Source of the DNA: Escherichia phage BEK2
DNA: 46,880 nucleotides
Sequence record: MN158206.1
Reading direction: 5' to 3' (one strand)
Shown: positions 9,406 through 20,000 of the stretch, piece after piece
How positions within the stretch are numbered: the stretch's first letter is position 1
Layout: every line of letters begins with the position of its first letter
The notes under the pieces: model-generated
What the model was told of the DNA's origin: nothing
The model's database searches: none
What the model saw: only the letters and a program-made list of their open reading frames with translations
Made by a program: the position numbers and the translations under genes

Positions 9406-9796
9406 ATTGTCTATAGCTGCTAGGAAATATGTTAATGATTTGCTGGTGAGCAGCTTCCCAGTCAGATATCCGGTATCTTGGGAAAACGTTGCTTTCACTC
9501 CTCCAGCAGATGGCTCTATCTGGCTAAAGTATGACTACATCGAGGTTGACACCGCAACATACGGGCTGAGCAGGAAGTGCAAATACTACGTAGGCATGGT
9601 GCAGATTTCTGTTTTCTTCAGTCCGGGAACTGGAATTGATAGGCCAAGACAAATCGCTAATCAATTGGCAGAATCTATCGTTGATGGTACAATGCTTGAC
9701 AGCGGGACCATTTATGAGTCTGGAGTTGTTAACCCGGTTATCAAATCCAAGTCTGGGTGGTTTATCCCGGTTCATTTTTATGTTCGTCTAGACTAA
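9395..9796 (+). CDS. tail terminator-like protein
   Basis: GTG start with GAGGAGG RBS; positional, immediately upstream of major tail protein. Confidence 0.4.
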   Translation: MHYELSIAARKYVNDLLVSSFPVRYPVSWENVAFTPPADGSIWLKYDYIEVDTATYGLSRKCKYYVGMVQISVFFSPGTGIDRPRQIANQLAESIVDGTMLDSGTIYESGVVNPVIKSKSGWFIPVHFYVRLD

Positions 9797-9811
9797 CAAA
9801 AGGAAAAATAC

Positions 9812-10468
9812 ATGGCTCATTTATCAAACGGCACTCAGGTGTTCGTAGAGGGTTCTCGTGGCGAAGCTGTTGCGGTTACAGCAATCTCTAACGCAGCAAG
9901 CCCTGTTTTAACCGTAGCTGACAGCTCTGGTATTGAGGTTGGTAATCACCTCCTGTTTACCGCGTCTTCCTCTACACTGCTTGCTGACAAGCACGTTCGA
10001 GTTACCGCAGTTACTGGTACATCAATCACAGTTGAAGGTATCGATACTTCTAACACCACAAAATTCCCGGCGGGGTTGACTGGTGAGGTGGTTAAGATTA
10101 TTTCCTGGTTCGAGGTTCCGTGCGTTCAGGACGTTTCCACTGACGGCGGCGAGCAGCAATTCGTTAACTTCCAATGCTTGTCCGATGACCGTGAGCAGCA
10201 GATTCCGACTTATAAATCTGCCGTAACTAACACCTTTACCTTTGCTCATGAGTACACCAACCCGGTTTATCCGGTTCTGCGTAACTACGATGAGTCAGGA
10301 CAGGTTGTCGCAATTCATCTGTATGTTCCACGTGCACAGGAGATGCGTTTGCAGTCCGGCACTATCGCTTTCAACGACACGCCAACCATCGGTGTTAACG
10401 AAATCGAAACGGTGTCCATCTCGGTATCAATTCGTGGTCGACTGTCCTCTGTGGCAGCACCAGTTTAA
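9812..10468 (+). CDS. major tail protein
   Basis: 218 aa, strong RBS, followed by terminator, upstream of chaperone/tape-measure genes. Confidence 0.6.
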   Translation: MAHLSNGTQVFVEGSRGEAVAVTAISNAASPVLTVADSSGIEVGNHLLFTASSSTLLADKHVRVTAVTGTSITVEGIDTSNTTKFPAGLTGEVVKIISWFEVPCVQDVSTDGGEQQFVNFQCLSDDREQQIPTYKSAVTNTFTFAHEYTNPVYPVLRNYDESGQVVAIHLYVPRAQEMRLQSGTIAFNDTPTIGVNEIETVSISVSIRGRLSSVAAPV

Positions 10469-10475
10469 AGCACAA

Positions 10476-10497
10476 ACCCTCTTCGGAGGGTTTTTTA
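10476..10497 (+). terminator. intrinsic terminator
   Basis: ccctc-ttcg-gaggg + T6. Confidence 0.7.
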
Positions 10498-10502
10498 TTG
10501 CA

Positions 10503-10545
10503 TAGCACTTTTTGCTAAAGCACTTATCCAATCTTCCTGTATAGT
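10503..10545 (+). promoter_or_regulatory. composite early-type promoter (TAGCACTTTTTGCTA + -10 TATAGT)
   Basis: box 10503-10517, -10 10540-10545, leader 'ctcATCGAAACGAAA'. Confidence 0.6.
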
Positions 10546-10578
10546 TAACTCATCGAAACGAAATGAAGGAATTAAGAA

Positions 10579-10827
10579 ATGAATAACGTTAAAAACATTA
10601 TCAAACTTACTGCGGTTCTGGTTGCTTTTTATGCGGTGGTTCAGATTGTTAACCCAACGGGTGAGGCTGATGCAAATAGCAAGGCAAACAAATATACCGT
10701 TGAGTTTGCCAAAGCCGAGCGAGCATGCCAGGAACTTGTAGGTGGTAAGGTTGATCAAATCATGAAGTATGGTAGTGAGATTTGCAAGGATACCGCCGCT
10801 AAGATTGCAAAAGAAAACACTAAGTAA
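10579..10827 (+). CDS. small secreted/membrane-anchored protein (cargo gene inside tail operon)
   Basis: N-terminal hydrophobic segment 'LTAVLVAFYAVVQIV' then soluble domain with 2 Cys; own promoter. Confidence 0.6.
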   Translation: MNNVKNIIKLTAVLVAFYAVVQIVNPTGEADANSKANKYTVEFAKAERACQELVGGKVDQIMKYGSEICKDTAAKIAKENTK

Positions 10828-10865
10828 TAGAATACATACTCACAAACAATAAGAGGATTAACAAA

Positions 10866-11180
10866 ATGGCAAAGTTCAAACTTTCACTGGCGGCACTCCC
10901 GGACTTTAAGCTACCAGTAAAATTTAAGCTGGCTAACGACCAGGATGTAGAGGTTATTTTTACAGTCAAACACAAGAAAACATCTGAGCTTCAGGAATTG
11001 CTCAGCAAGGAAGATTTGAGCACCAAAGAACTTATTATGGCAATTACCTCTGATTGGGATTTGGAAGAGGAATACAACGAGGATAACGTTAATGAGTTCT
11101 CAGACCTGTTCCCAGCCTCAACCGTAGCGCTAACTACCGCTTATATGCAAGCACTGGCTGGTCAGCGAGTAAAAAACTAA
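10866..11180 (+). CDS. tail assembly chaperone (lambda G-like)
   Basis: 104 aa, acidic, immediately upstream of tape measure; ends at slippery site. Confidence 0.65.
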   Translation: MAKFKLSLAALPDFKLPVKFKLANDQDVEVIFTVKHKKTSELQELLSKEDLSTKELIMAITSDWDLEEEYNEDNVNEFSDLFPASTVALTTAYMQALAGQRVKN

Positions 11181-11500
11181 AACGAGCGGTGTACCTCCAG
11201 TACCAGTCAGAGCCAACTGATGCCGAACTGGAAGCTATTGGGATGCGCCGCTCTGATTACGAAGATGAAGAGCCTGAGGTTTTACACTTTGACGATAACA
11301 TGATGAAGGCGTGGGACATTTATTGTTCAATGGCTACACAATGGAGAGTCGGAGCTAACGGAGCAACTGGCCTAGATTACAACGTGCTAAATTTCCTCTT
11401 TAGAGTGTATAATGTTTCTGAAGAAGAATTGGTGCTCAGCGATTTACGCATCCTTGAAGCTAAGGCTCTTGAGATGATGGATAACCTGAGAAAAAAATAA
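10866..11500 (+). CDS. tail assembly chaperone frameshift fusion (lambda GT-like), -1 shift at A_AAA_AAC 11171-11177
   Basis: heptamer A AAA AAC directly before stop TAA; -1 frame is open to 11500 and is the frame of track ORF 11189..11500. Confidence 0.55.
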
Positions 11501-11519
11501 CCCGCTTCGGCGGGTTTTC
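11500..11519 (+). terminator. intrinsic terminator/attenuator
   Basis: aacccgc-ttcg-gcgggtttt. Confidence 0.5.
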
Positions 11520-11535
11520 TATTATGGAGGCTTAG

Positions 11536-14520
11536 ATGGCAACAAATGAATTAGCCGGAATCACGCTAGCCGTAGACGTCTCGCAGGTAGACAGGGGAAC
11601 GCAATCCCTACAGAAGTTCAGACAGGCCAACCAACAGGCTGCCTCTGGGATTAGTGAGTTCGTCAATGCTGAGCAGGTAGCAAAAACTCAGGCCAGAGAC
11701 ACGGCTCGCGCACTTGCTGAGCAGCAAGCATCACTTGCTAAGCTGCAAACGGCTATTGATCCAACTGCGGCAAAGTTCCGTAAACTCCAGGAGGCTGCTG
11801 TAGGTCTGGATAAGGCTTTCGCGGCTGGCGTAGTTCCTGATGAGGAGTTTTTCCGGTTAGGTGAGGCACTTGAAACGCAGAACGCAAAACTTGCCCGATC
11901 ACGTGCGGCGCTAACTGAGGAGGGAAGGGCGGCAGCACAGGCTGCAAAGGATAAGGCAAAAGCAAAGGCAGAGGCTGACAGATTTATCGCATCACTTGAG
12001 CGCCAGGCTCAAGCGGCAACATTGACGCGTGAGGAGTACTTAAAGTTACAGGCTGCTCAGCTTGGGGTAAGTTCTCAGGCAGCGCCTATTATTGACAGAA
12101 TCGCCGATGCATCACAGAAGGCAAACACCCAGTTAATTGCCCAGAGCAAGGCTTTTCAACGCTCTGGCTTAAGCGCAGGTCAATACAAGGCTGCAATCTC
12201 TCAATTGCCAGCGCAGATTACAGACATTGGCACATCACTTGCTGGCGGCATCCCGATCTGGCTTATTGCAATTCAGCAGGGTGGGCAAATTAAGGATGCA
12301 TTTGGTGGTATTGGCAACACCTTTAGATTCGCGCTCGCAGCCTTAAATCCATTCAATGTTGCTGTTGGTGTTTTGGGTGGGGCGCTTGTAGCTCTTGGTG
12401 TCGGTGCAGCTCAGGCTGAAAGTGAATTCAGGGCGTTAAACTCAGCTATTGCATTCTCCAACAACTCTACAATCGCATCAATCTCGCAGGTTAGAGAGTT
12501 GGTTAGCTCTGTTTCTGATGCAACAGGTGCCACCAGAGGGCTTGTGACTAGCATCGCAACAAGCCTTATTGAGCAAGGGAACCTTACGCTGACGCAGATT
12601 GACAAGATTACCAAATCAACCGCCAGATGGGCGCAGCTTACCGGAAAAGATGCAAAGGAAATTACTGGTTACTACAACCAGATTGCGAGCGACCCAATCC
12701 AGGGTTTGGTTGATTTGGATAAGCGCTTTAACTTCCTCACCAAGGGGCAGTTAACGACAATCGAAAACCTTAGGAAGACAAAGGGAGAGGTTGAGGCTGT
12801 TACCGCCGCAATTGACATTTTCAGTAAGTCCCAGGAAGCCAACCTTAACGACATAGCAGCGCAGTTAACTCCACTTGAGCTAGCCTGGAATGATTTCAAA
12901 AAGTACATCTCCGATATCTGGGATGCAATTAGTCGCAGAACAGTTGGGGCACTGAACCTGTTTGTTGACGTAATCGCCGGAACAATTGAGCAGATCAGGG
13001 TATTCATTAACCAGGGGGATGCCCTGATTGGTGAATTCGTAATTAGCGCAACTCAGGCATTGCAGAATATCCCCGGCCTTGATGGTGTCGGTGATGATGT
13101 AATCAAGAGTCAGCAGAAGATTATCGATGCCGCCAAGAAGCAAAACCTTGAGTTAGAAAAGTCTATCAAGGAGCGCGATGCCAGAATCAGGGAGGGAGAG
13201 CTTGGTTACGTTACTCGCAGAGAAAATCAGAATACCAATGAGCAGTCAGGCACGGATGAGGAGTTTGCAAAAAGGAAGAAGGCGCTTCAGGATGAACTTG
13301 ATGCGATCAAGAAAAACAGAGCCGAGGAGAAGGGTAGGGTTAAAGAGCAAAGGGATCTAACGATAGGTTATGAATCTGGCGTGCTGGCACTTCAGGCCCA
13401 ACTCAAGGCTCTTAAGGAAAACAGGGATGTCGGCGCAGTAATAAGCAATGAGAGCAATCAGTATCGTCAGGAGGTTGCTAAATTCCAGATTCTTGAGCAG
13501 AGGCAACTTGATGGCTCAATTACCAAAGAGCAAGCAAGGCTTCTCATTGAAAAGGATAAAGTTCTTGAGTTGGCTAGGCAGAAGGCTGAACTAGGTGACC
13601 AGATTGTTTTGCAGGAGCGAGCCAATAAGTTAGCTGAAGATAACCGCAAGAAGATTCTTCAGATTAACAATGAAGCAAATAACATTGATTTGGGTGCTGG
13701 CCTGTCTTCTCGTGAACAGCAGAGAGCTAAGGAGATTCAGGCTCTTCAGTCCAATCAGGTTAATGCTGGTGGTTCTGTTGATGATGTTGATTTTCAGCAA
13801 TTGCTGGAAGCAAGAAAGGAATACTACAAGCAGGAGGATAATCTTAGGTCAGACTGGCAAGCTGGCGTAACGTCAACCCTCGCTGACTTGACTGAGAAGT
13901 ACACTGATTACAACCAGATTGCTAAGGACTTGACAGTTGCGGCATTCGATGGAATTACAGACCAGATTACAAACCTTGTAACCACTGGTGAGACCAACTT
14001 CAGGGAGTTCACCGCAAACATCCTCAAAATGATTGCGAAGATTGCAACTCAGTTACTTTTGGTTAAGGCTATTGAATCTACAATCAAGAGCTTTGGTGGT
14101 GACACTGGTGCAGGTAGCGCTTTCGAGTCAATAAAGTCAGCAATTGGTTTCGCTGGCGGCGGCTACACTGGTGACGGCGGGAAGTATCAGCCAGCAGGTA
14201 CGGTGCATCGCGGGGAGTTTGTATTCACAAAAGAGGCAACTAGCCGAATTGGTGTGAAAAACCTTTACGCACTAATGAAGGGTTATGCAAACGGCGGAGC
14301 GGTTGGCGGTCCATCTGGTTATGCTAATGGCGGCTTGGTTTCTGGTGGTGCTGATGTTAATGTTAGTGGCATCACTGTTAACGTAAACTCGGGTGTAGGT
14401 AGCGATCCGGAGCAAGCTAAGGCACTGCAAAATGGCGTCAAGGCTATCGTAGCGGAAGAGATTTCTCAGTCCTTCCAGCAAGGCGGAAGAGCTTATCAGT
14501 ACCTTCGAGGATTCAACTAA
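11536..14520 (+). CDS. tail tape measure protein
   Basis: 994 aa, long coiled-coil Ala/Gln/Lys-rich regions, Gly-rich C-terminus. Confidence 0.85.
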   Translation: MATNELAGITLAVDVSQVDRGTQSLQKFRQANQQAASGISEFVNAEQVAKTQARDTARALAEQQASLAKLQTAIDPTAAKFRKLQEAAVGLDKAFAAGVVPDEEFFRLGEALETQNAKLARSRAALTEEGRAAAQAAKDKAKAKAEADRFIASLERQAQAATLTREEYLKLQAAQLGVSSQAAPIIDRIADASQKANTQLIAQSKAFQRSGLSAGQYKAAISQLPAQITDIGTSLAGGIPIWLIAIQQGGQIKDAFGGIGNTFRFALAALNPFNVAVGVLGGALVALGVGAAQAESEFRALNSAIAFSNNSTIASISQVRELVSSVSDATGATRGLVTSIATSLIEQGNLTLTQIDKITKSTARWAQLTGKDAKEITGYYNQIASDPIQGLVDLDKRFNFLTKGQLTTIENLRKTKGEVEAVTAAIDIFSKSQEANLNDIAAQLTPLELAWNDFKKYISDIWDAISRRTVGALNLFVDVIAGTIEQIRVFINQGDALIGEFVISATQALQNIPGLDGVGDDVIKSQQKIIDAAKKQNLELEKSIKERDARIREGELGYVTRRENQNTNEQSGTDEEFAKRKKALQDELDAIKKNRAEEKGRVKEQRDLTIGYESGVLALQAQLKALKENRDVGAVISNESNQYRQEVAKFQILEQRQLDGSITKEQARLLIEKDKVLELARQKAELGDQIVLQERANKLAEDNRKKILQINNEANNIDLGAGLSSREQQRAKEIQALQSNQVNAGGSVDDVDFQQLLEARKEYYKQEDNLRSDWQAGVTSTLADLTEKYTDYNQIAKDLTVAAFDGITDQITNLVTTGETNFREFTANILKMIAKIATQLLLVKAIESTIKSFGGDTGAGSAFESIKSAIGFAGGGYTGDGGKYQPAGTVHRGEFVFTKEATSRIGVKNLYALMKGYANGGAVGGPSGYANGGLVSGGADVNVSGITVNVNSGVGSDPEQAKALQNGVKAIVAEEISQSFQQGGRAYQYLRGFN

Positions 14521-14550
14521 TTAATGGGGCTTCTGCCCCTAGGGATTTTT

Positions 14551-14901
14551 ATGGCTATTGATACTTTTAACTGGTGCACGCAAGTCCAGGGTGGATCAGC
14601 ATCATTCAGCAATACGAACAACGTGCGAATTGTTAGCTTCGGGAATGGTTTTGAGCAAAGAGGGACTGGTGGTTATCGCAGCAACAAGCGAAGCTACCAG
14701 ATGACCTATACTAACAATGACTGGCGAGAGGTAATGGAATTTTGCTTCAACCACATCATTACCCCGTTCTTCTGGACTACGCCTCAAGGTGACACATCAA
14801 TGTTTGTTATTCAGCAGGATAGCATTAGCGTCACGCCGCTCAGAAAGGATGTTCAGACTGTAAATATGCAATTCGTGGAAGTATTTAGCTCAATGCGTTA
14901 A
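14551..14901 (+). CDS. minor tail protein (lambda gpM-like)
   Basis: 'RIVSFGNGFEQRGTGG' resembles lambda M 'RFGDGYSQRAPAG'; start 14551 (track start 14524 lies in a hairpin). Confidence 0.7.
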   Translation: MAIDTFNWCTQVQGGSASFSNTNNVRIVSFGNGFEQRGTGGYRSNKRSYQMTYTNNDWREVMEFCFNHIITPFFWTTPQGDTSMFVIQQDSISVTPLRKDVQTVNMQFVEVFSSMR

Positions 14902-14904
14902 ACT

Positions 14905-14928
14905 AAGCCCCTATGAGGGGCTTTTTTA
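14905..14928 (+). terminator. intrinsic terminator
   Basis: aagcccc-tatga-ggggc + T6. Confidence 0.65.
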
Positions 14929-14940
14929 TTGGAGAAATAT

Positions 14941-15696
14941 ATGCTAAGTCCAAAGTTTGAGAATCAGTTGCAAAGCCTTTTCCCTGGCGAGATTGTGACA
15001 CTAATCCAGGTTGACGGAACCTCCTTCGGAAGTCTCGTTTACAACTTCCACAATGAGAACATTTCATACACGCCAGAAGAGATTATGATGGCTCAAATGA
15101 ATGGGGAGCCACTACCAGAGAAGACTATTACATTTCGCGGTGAAGAGTATGGTCCTAGACCTTTCGGTATCTCTGGCATCAATATGACTTCTGACGGCAA
15201 AGCCAACAAAGTAACGCTAACAGTATCAAACGTAGACCAGCGTATTAGCGCACTTATCCGTACTTACAATGGATTGGTTAAAGCTAAGGTTACTATCTGG
15301 ATTACTACGCGTGATAACATCAACGAAGACGGGAGCATCGCTGATGGGGACTATCGCAGATTCGTTTACTTCATTGAGCGACCAAAGCAGGTTGACTACA
15401 AAACCGCATCATTTGAGCTAAGTAGCCCAATGGATATGGATGGAATTTATATCCCAGCGAGACTTGTTCAGTCTGTTTGCTATTTCGCCTCTAGGGGTTG
15501 GTATCGTAGCGGTAATGGCTGCGCTTATGCTGGCAATAGATACTTCAACAAGGATGACGAGCCAGTGTCAGACCCATCATTAGACTTCTGTGCAGGAACT
15601 GTTAACAGTTGCAAACTTAGATTTGGTGAGAATAATCAGTTAGATTTCGGTGGTTGTGCTTCAGCAAGCCTTCAGGCTAAAGCCAACCAGAGTTAA
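14941..15696 (+). CDS. minor tail protein (lambda gpL-like)
   Basis: 'LTVSNV' and C-terminal Cys cluster 'CYF...C...C...C' as in lambda L. Confidence 0.75.
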   Translation: MLSPKFENQLQSLFPGEIVTLIQVDGTSFGSLVYNFHNENISYTPEEIMMAQMNGEPLPEKTITFRGEEYGPRPFGISGINMTSDGKANKVTLTVSNVDQRISALIRTYNGLVKAKVTIWITTRDNINEDGSIADGDYRRFVYFIERPKQVDYKTASFELSSPMDMDGIYIPARLVQSVCYFASRGWYRSGNGCAYAGNRYFNKDDEPVSDPSLDFCAGTVNSCKLRFGENNQLDFGGCASASLQAKANQS

Positions 15697-15706
15697 GGAG
15701 AAATAA

Positions 15707-16465
15707 ATGTTAACACCAAAAGTTAAGCTGGAAATCTTCCAGCACGCAAAGGAAGTGTACCCGCAAGAATGTTGCGGGGTTGTTACCCAGAAGGGTAGGG
15801 CACAGAAATACCACAGAATCAAGAACGCCAGCAAAGACCCCGAAAATGAGTTTGTGCTTGATTCAAATGAGTATTCTGATATCGCATTTGGCTTAGCTGA
15901 TAATGAGTCAATTGTTTACATAGTTCACTCACACACGGGAGATGGTGCGACAACAAGACCTAGCCCGGCTGACATTTGTAGCTGCAATGAATGCGAGATT
16001 CCTTATGTTATCGTCAGCATTCCGGAGGGAGATATGCGCATCCTTGATCCATCAGCTATGCCACTGATTGGTCGCCCGTGGGGTTTGGGTAGCTTTGACT
16101 GCTGGGAGCTGGTGATGGCATTCCACAAGAAATACGGCGTAAAACTGAATGACTACCGCGTTAATTACCCGTGGTGGGAGAAACGGTACAATGAAAATAT
16201 CTATGAAGACAACTGGATTAAGGAAGGATTTGAACTGGTAAAAACTTCAGATATTCCGATTGGCTCAATGATTATGATGCAGGTGCAAAGTGAGGTGGCA
16301 AACCACGCTGGAATCTACATTGGCAACAACAGATTCATTCATCACCTTTATGGTAAAATGAGTTCAGTTGATATCTACTCCGATTACTGGCGAGAGCGCA
16401 CTGTGCGAATCGTTCGCCATAAGGATTTACCAGAGGATGTAATTTATGACCCAGAAACTGATTGA
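15707..16465 (+). CDS. tail tip protein (lambda gpK-like; JAMM/MPN + NlpC/P60)
   Basis: JAMM motif 'HSHTGDGATTRPSPAD' and Cys/His C-terminal domain. Confidence 0.75.
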   Translation: MLTPKVKLEIFQHAKEVYPQECCGVVTQKGRAQKYHRIKNASKDPENEFVLDSNEYSDIAFGLADNESIVYIVHSHTGDGATTRPSPADICSCNECEIPYVIVSIPEGDMRILDPSAMPLIGRPWGLGSFDCWELVMAFHKKYGVKLNDYRVNYPWWEKRYNENIYEDNWIKEGFELVKTSDIPIGSMIMMQVQSEVANHAGIYIGNNRFIHHLYGKMSSVDIYSDYWRERTVRIVRHKDLPEDVIYDPETD

Positions 16466-17018
16466 TATTAAGTTAGGCCTATCTTTAGGGCGTAAGTTTG
16501 GCAAGATTCACAAAATGGCAGTGAGCAGCGTTCCTGAAGCAATGCGAGCGCTTTGCTCACAAATTCCTGCTTTCAAGGAGTTCATGAACAGTCATGTTGG
16601 TCAAAACACAAGGTACGCCGTGTTCGTTGATGGTAAAAATGTGAATGAGCATCGAATCTCTGATTTTGGCGCCGTTCAGGAGATACGAATCTTACCAATC
16701 CCGCAAGGTCGTAAGTCTGGCGGCTTGTTTCAGACTATTTTAGGCGCCGCTCTTATCACGGTTGGCATCTTTACCGGGCAGATTTATCTTGTTGGCGCTG
16801 GTGTTTCTCTGGCTGCTGGCGGTATTGCTCAATTACTCTCGCCGCAAGCGACTGGATTAAAGACCCAGAACAACCAAACAAGCAACCGCGCATCATACGC
16901 ATTCGGCTCCGCAGTAAACACGGTGGCAGCTGGCTATCCGGTTTGCCTTCCATATGGCTATCGAACGGTTGGCGGCTCTGTGTTTAGTGCAGGCAGTTAT
17001 TCCGAAGACATTGCTTAA
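16446..17018 (+). CDS. tail assembly protein (lambda gpI-like)
   Basis: 'AMRALCSQIPAFKEF' and 'GRKSGGLFQTILGAAL' parallel lambda I 'AIRALATQLPAFRQK' / 'GAKSGGVFQIVLGAA'. Confidence 0.7.
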   Translation: MTQKLIDIKLGLSLGRKFGKIHKMAVSSVPEAMRALCSQIPAFKEFMNSHVGQNTRYAVFVDGKNVNEHRISDFGAVQEIRILPIPQGRKSGGLFQTILGAALITVGIFTGQIYLVGAGVSLAAGGIAQLLSPQATGLKTQNNQTSNRASYAFGSAVNTVAAGYPVCLPYGYRTVGGSVFSAGSYSEDIA

Positions 17019-17024
17019 ATATCA

Positions 17025-17047
17025 TACCCGCCTAGTGCGGGTTTTTT
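17025..17047 (+). terminator. intrinsic terminator
   Basis: acccgc-ctagt-gcgggt + T6. Confidence 0.65.
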
Positions 17048-17098
17048 ATTTAGTGTAGAATGGCACAAATGATCAAAACAAACATGAGGCTTTGTGAT

Positions 17099-20000
17099 AT
17101 GGCTGAAGATATTAAGATTTATGGTGCTAAGGGTGGTAGTCAGAAGCCGCATCAACCGGTGGAGCAGGAAGATAACCTCATTTCACTAAACAAGGTTAAG
17201 GTGTTGCTTGCTGTCGCTGACGGAGAGGTTGATTCAAACTTCTCAATGAAGGATTTATACCTTGCTGACGTTCCGGTGCAAAACCAGGATGGTAGCTACA
17301 ACTACGAAGGTGTTCGCGCTGAGTTCCGTGCTGGAACGCAGTATCAGGACTATATCGCTGGCCTTGATGGTGCAAACTCAGAGATTCAGGCATCAAGGGA
17401 AATCAAAAACGATACCCCGTACATCATTGCGGTTAACAATACTCAGCTATCGGCGATTCGTGTAAAACTATATTGGCCTCGACTGGTTAAGCAAGAAAGC
17501 AATGGAGACCTGAACGGAACAACTTGTGAGTACGCAATTGACCTGTCTGTTAATGGTGGAGCGTATCAGGAATACACTCGAGGAGTTGCTAACGGGAAGA
17601 CAACTACAGGTTACGACCGCAGCATTCGTGTAAACCTTCCGGCTGAATTTGATAGCGCATTGGTTCGCATCAGAAAGATTACGACAGATTCGACGAGTAG
17701 CACATTGGTTAACGGGATGCAGATTACAACCTATCAGGAAGTAATTGACGCTAAATTCCGCTATCCGCTTACAGCTCTTGTTTACGTTGAGTTTGGCTCT
17801 GACCTTTTTCCTAACGGTATCCCGACAATCTCTATCAAGAAGCGATGGAAGTTGATTCAGGTTCCTACAAACTATGACCCTGAAAGCAGAACTTATAGTG
17901 GCACATGGAATGGTATATTTAAAATGGCATGGTCAAATAACCCTGCGTGGGTTCTTTATGACTTAGTGACAAACCGCCGATATGGTCTTGATCAGAGAGA
18001 GCTTGGTGTAGAGATTGATAAGTGGGGTCTGTACGAAGCTGCGCAATTCTGTGACCAAATGGTTCCAGATGGAAAAGGCGGCATGGAGCCGCGCTACCTG
18101 TGCGATATGGTTGTGCAGAATAAAGTTGAGGCTTACACGCTAATTCGTGATATCTGTTCGATCTTCCGTGGCCTGACTTTCTATGATGGCGAAAAGATTG
18201 GTATCGTAGTTGATAAGCCTCGTAATCCATCTTACATCTTCACGAATGATAACGTTGTAAACGGATTGTTCAGCCGCACCTTTGCCAGTGATAAAAGCCT
18301 TTACACCACGGCAAACGTTCAGTTTGATGATGTTGAGAACAACTATCAGCAGGATATTGAACCAGTATTCGAATTAGAGGCAACTCGTCGTTTTGGATTT
18401 AACCCTGTAGATTTAACTGCGATTGGATGTACTCGCAGAAGTGAAGCAAACAGACGTGGCAGATGGCTACTGAAAACCAACCTGAGAAGCGAAACCATCA
18501 GCTTCACTACCGGGTTGGAAGGTATGATTCCGATGATTGGTGAGGTTATTGCGGTCAATGACGCGGCATGGTCGAGCAACTATCAGTTAAACCTTTCCGG
18601 TCGCATTGAATCAGTCCAGGGATTGCAGGTTTTTACCCCGTTTAAAGTTGACGCAGCGCCTGGCGACAGGATTCTTCTGAACAAGCCTGACGGAAATCCA
18701 GAAGCAAGAACTATTGCAAGCATTTCGGAAGATGGTAGGACGATTAACCTAAACACGGCGTTCAGCTTTGTAGCTCAGCCTGATACTGTGTTCGCAATTG
18801 ATAAGGATAATCTGGCACTTCAGCAGTATGTTGTGACCGGTATTCAAAAAGCAGATACTGATGGTAAGGACTCATTCCAGTATACGATTACTGCGGTAGA
18901 GTACGACCCTAACAAGTATGACGAGATTGACTACGGCGTTAACATTGCTGACCGCCCGACTTCAATTGTGGAACCTGACAGATTGTCGCCACCAGAAAAC
19001 CTGACCGTTTCAAGCTATAGTAAGGTTGTTCAGGGATTATCAGTTGAGACGATGGTAATTGGTTGGGATAAGGCGCCATACGCTAAAACTTACAATGTTC
19101 AGTGGAGGAAAGAGAACGGCAACTGGATTAACGTACCCAGAACAGCTAGCACAGAGGTTGATATCGAAGGTATTTACGCAGGAATCTATGACGTCAGGGT
19201 TCGCAGCGTATCAGATACTGAAAACGTTTCTGCCTGGTCTGACATTGTAACTGTTTCGCTAACTGGCAAGATTGGTCGACCATCTGCGCCTACGGTTATC
19301 ACTGCGTCAACTGATGAAGTATTTGGTATCCGTGTTAAATGGGGATTCCCTGAAGGCTCTGGCGATACTGCTTACACTGAACTTCAGCAGGTTCCAGATA
19401 ATGGTGATGGTACTTACAATCCTGATAGCGCCAGTCTGTTAACTTTGGTCCCGTATCCTCAGTATGAATACTGGCACACACCGATTCAACCAGGCAAGGT
19501 GATTTGGTATCGCGCAAGATTGATTGACAGAATCGGCAATACCTCTGATTGGTCTTATTTCGCTAGAGGCATGAGTACTGACGACGCCAGCATCATCAAC
19601 GATTATATCAAGGTTGATATTGAGGGTTCGGAAGGATTCAAATACCTCGAGCAGAATGCGATTCAAAAGAATCAGGACATTCAGAATCAAGCTGAGGCAA
19701 TTATCGAGAACGCATTGGCTAATGATGGTGATGTTCGTCGCATGACAAAGGAGAACGGCAAACGTAAGGCTGAATATGTTCAGGCAGTTAATCTCATAGC
19801 CGATGAAACTCAGGCGCGTGTAGAGGCTCTCACGCAGCTTAAAGCGCAGATAGATGATGAAATTGTTGGTCAGATTACAACAATTGAAACAGCGCTAGCT
19901 ACAGAGACTGAAGCCAGGGCAACAGCTGACACGGCTTTAACCGCAAGGATTGGTGATAACGAGGCGGCAATAAACCAGAAGCTAGACGCGTTCTCTAATG

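Noticed and set aside
10503-10517. Resemblance of TTTGCTAAA to the T4 MotA box
   Set aside because: MotA boxes sit about 12 bp from the -10, not 22, and no MotA/AsiA-like genes were recognised; noted only as an analogy.
12411-14481. Several minus-strand ORFs inside the tape measure gene (e.g. 12672..13007, 12880..13143, 13467..13649)
   Set aside because: Antisense to a long, well-supported CDS, with no RBS or promoter context; typical shadow ORFs.
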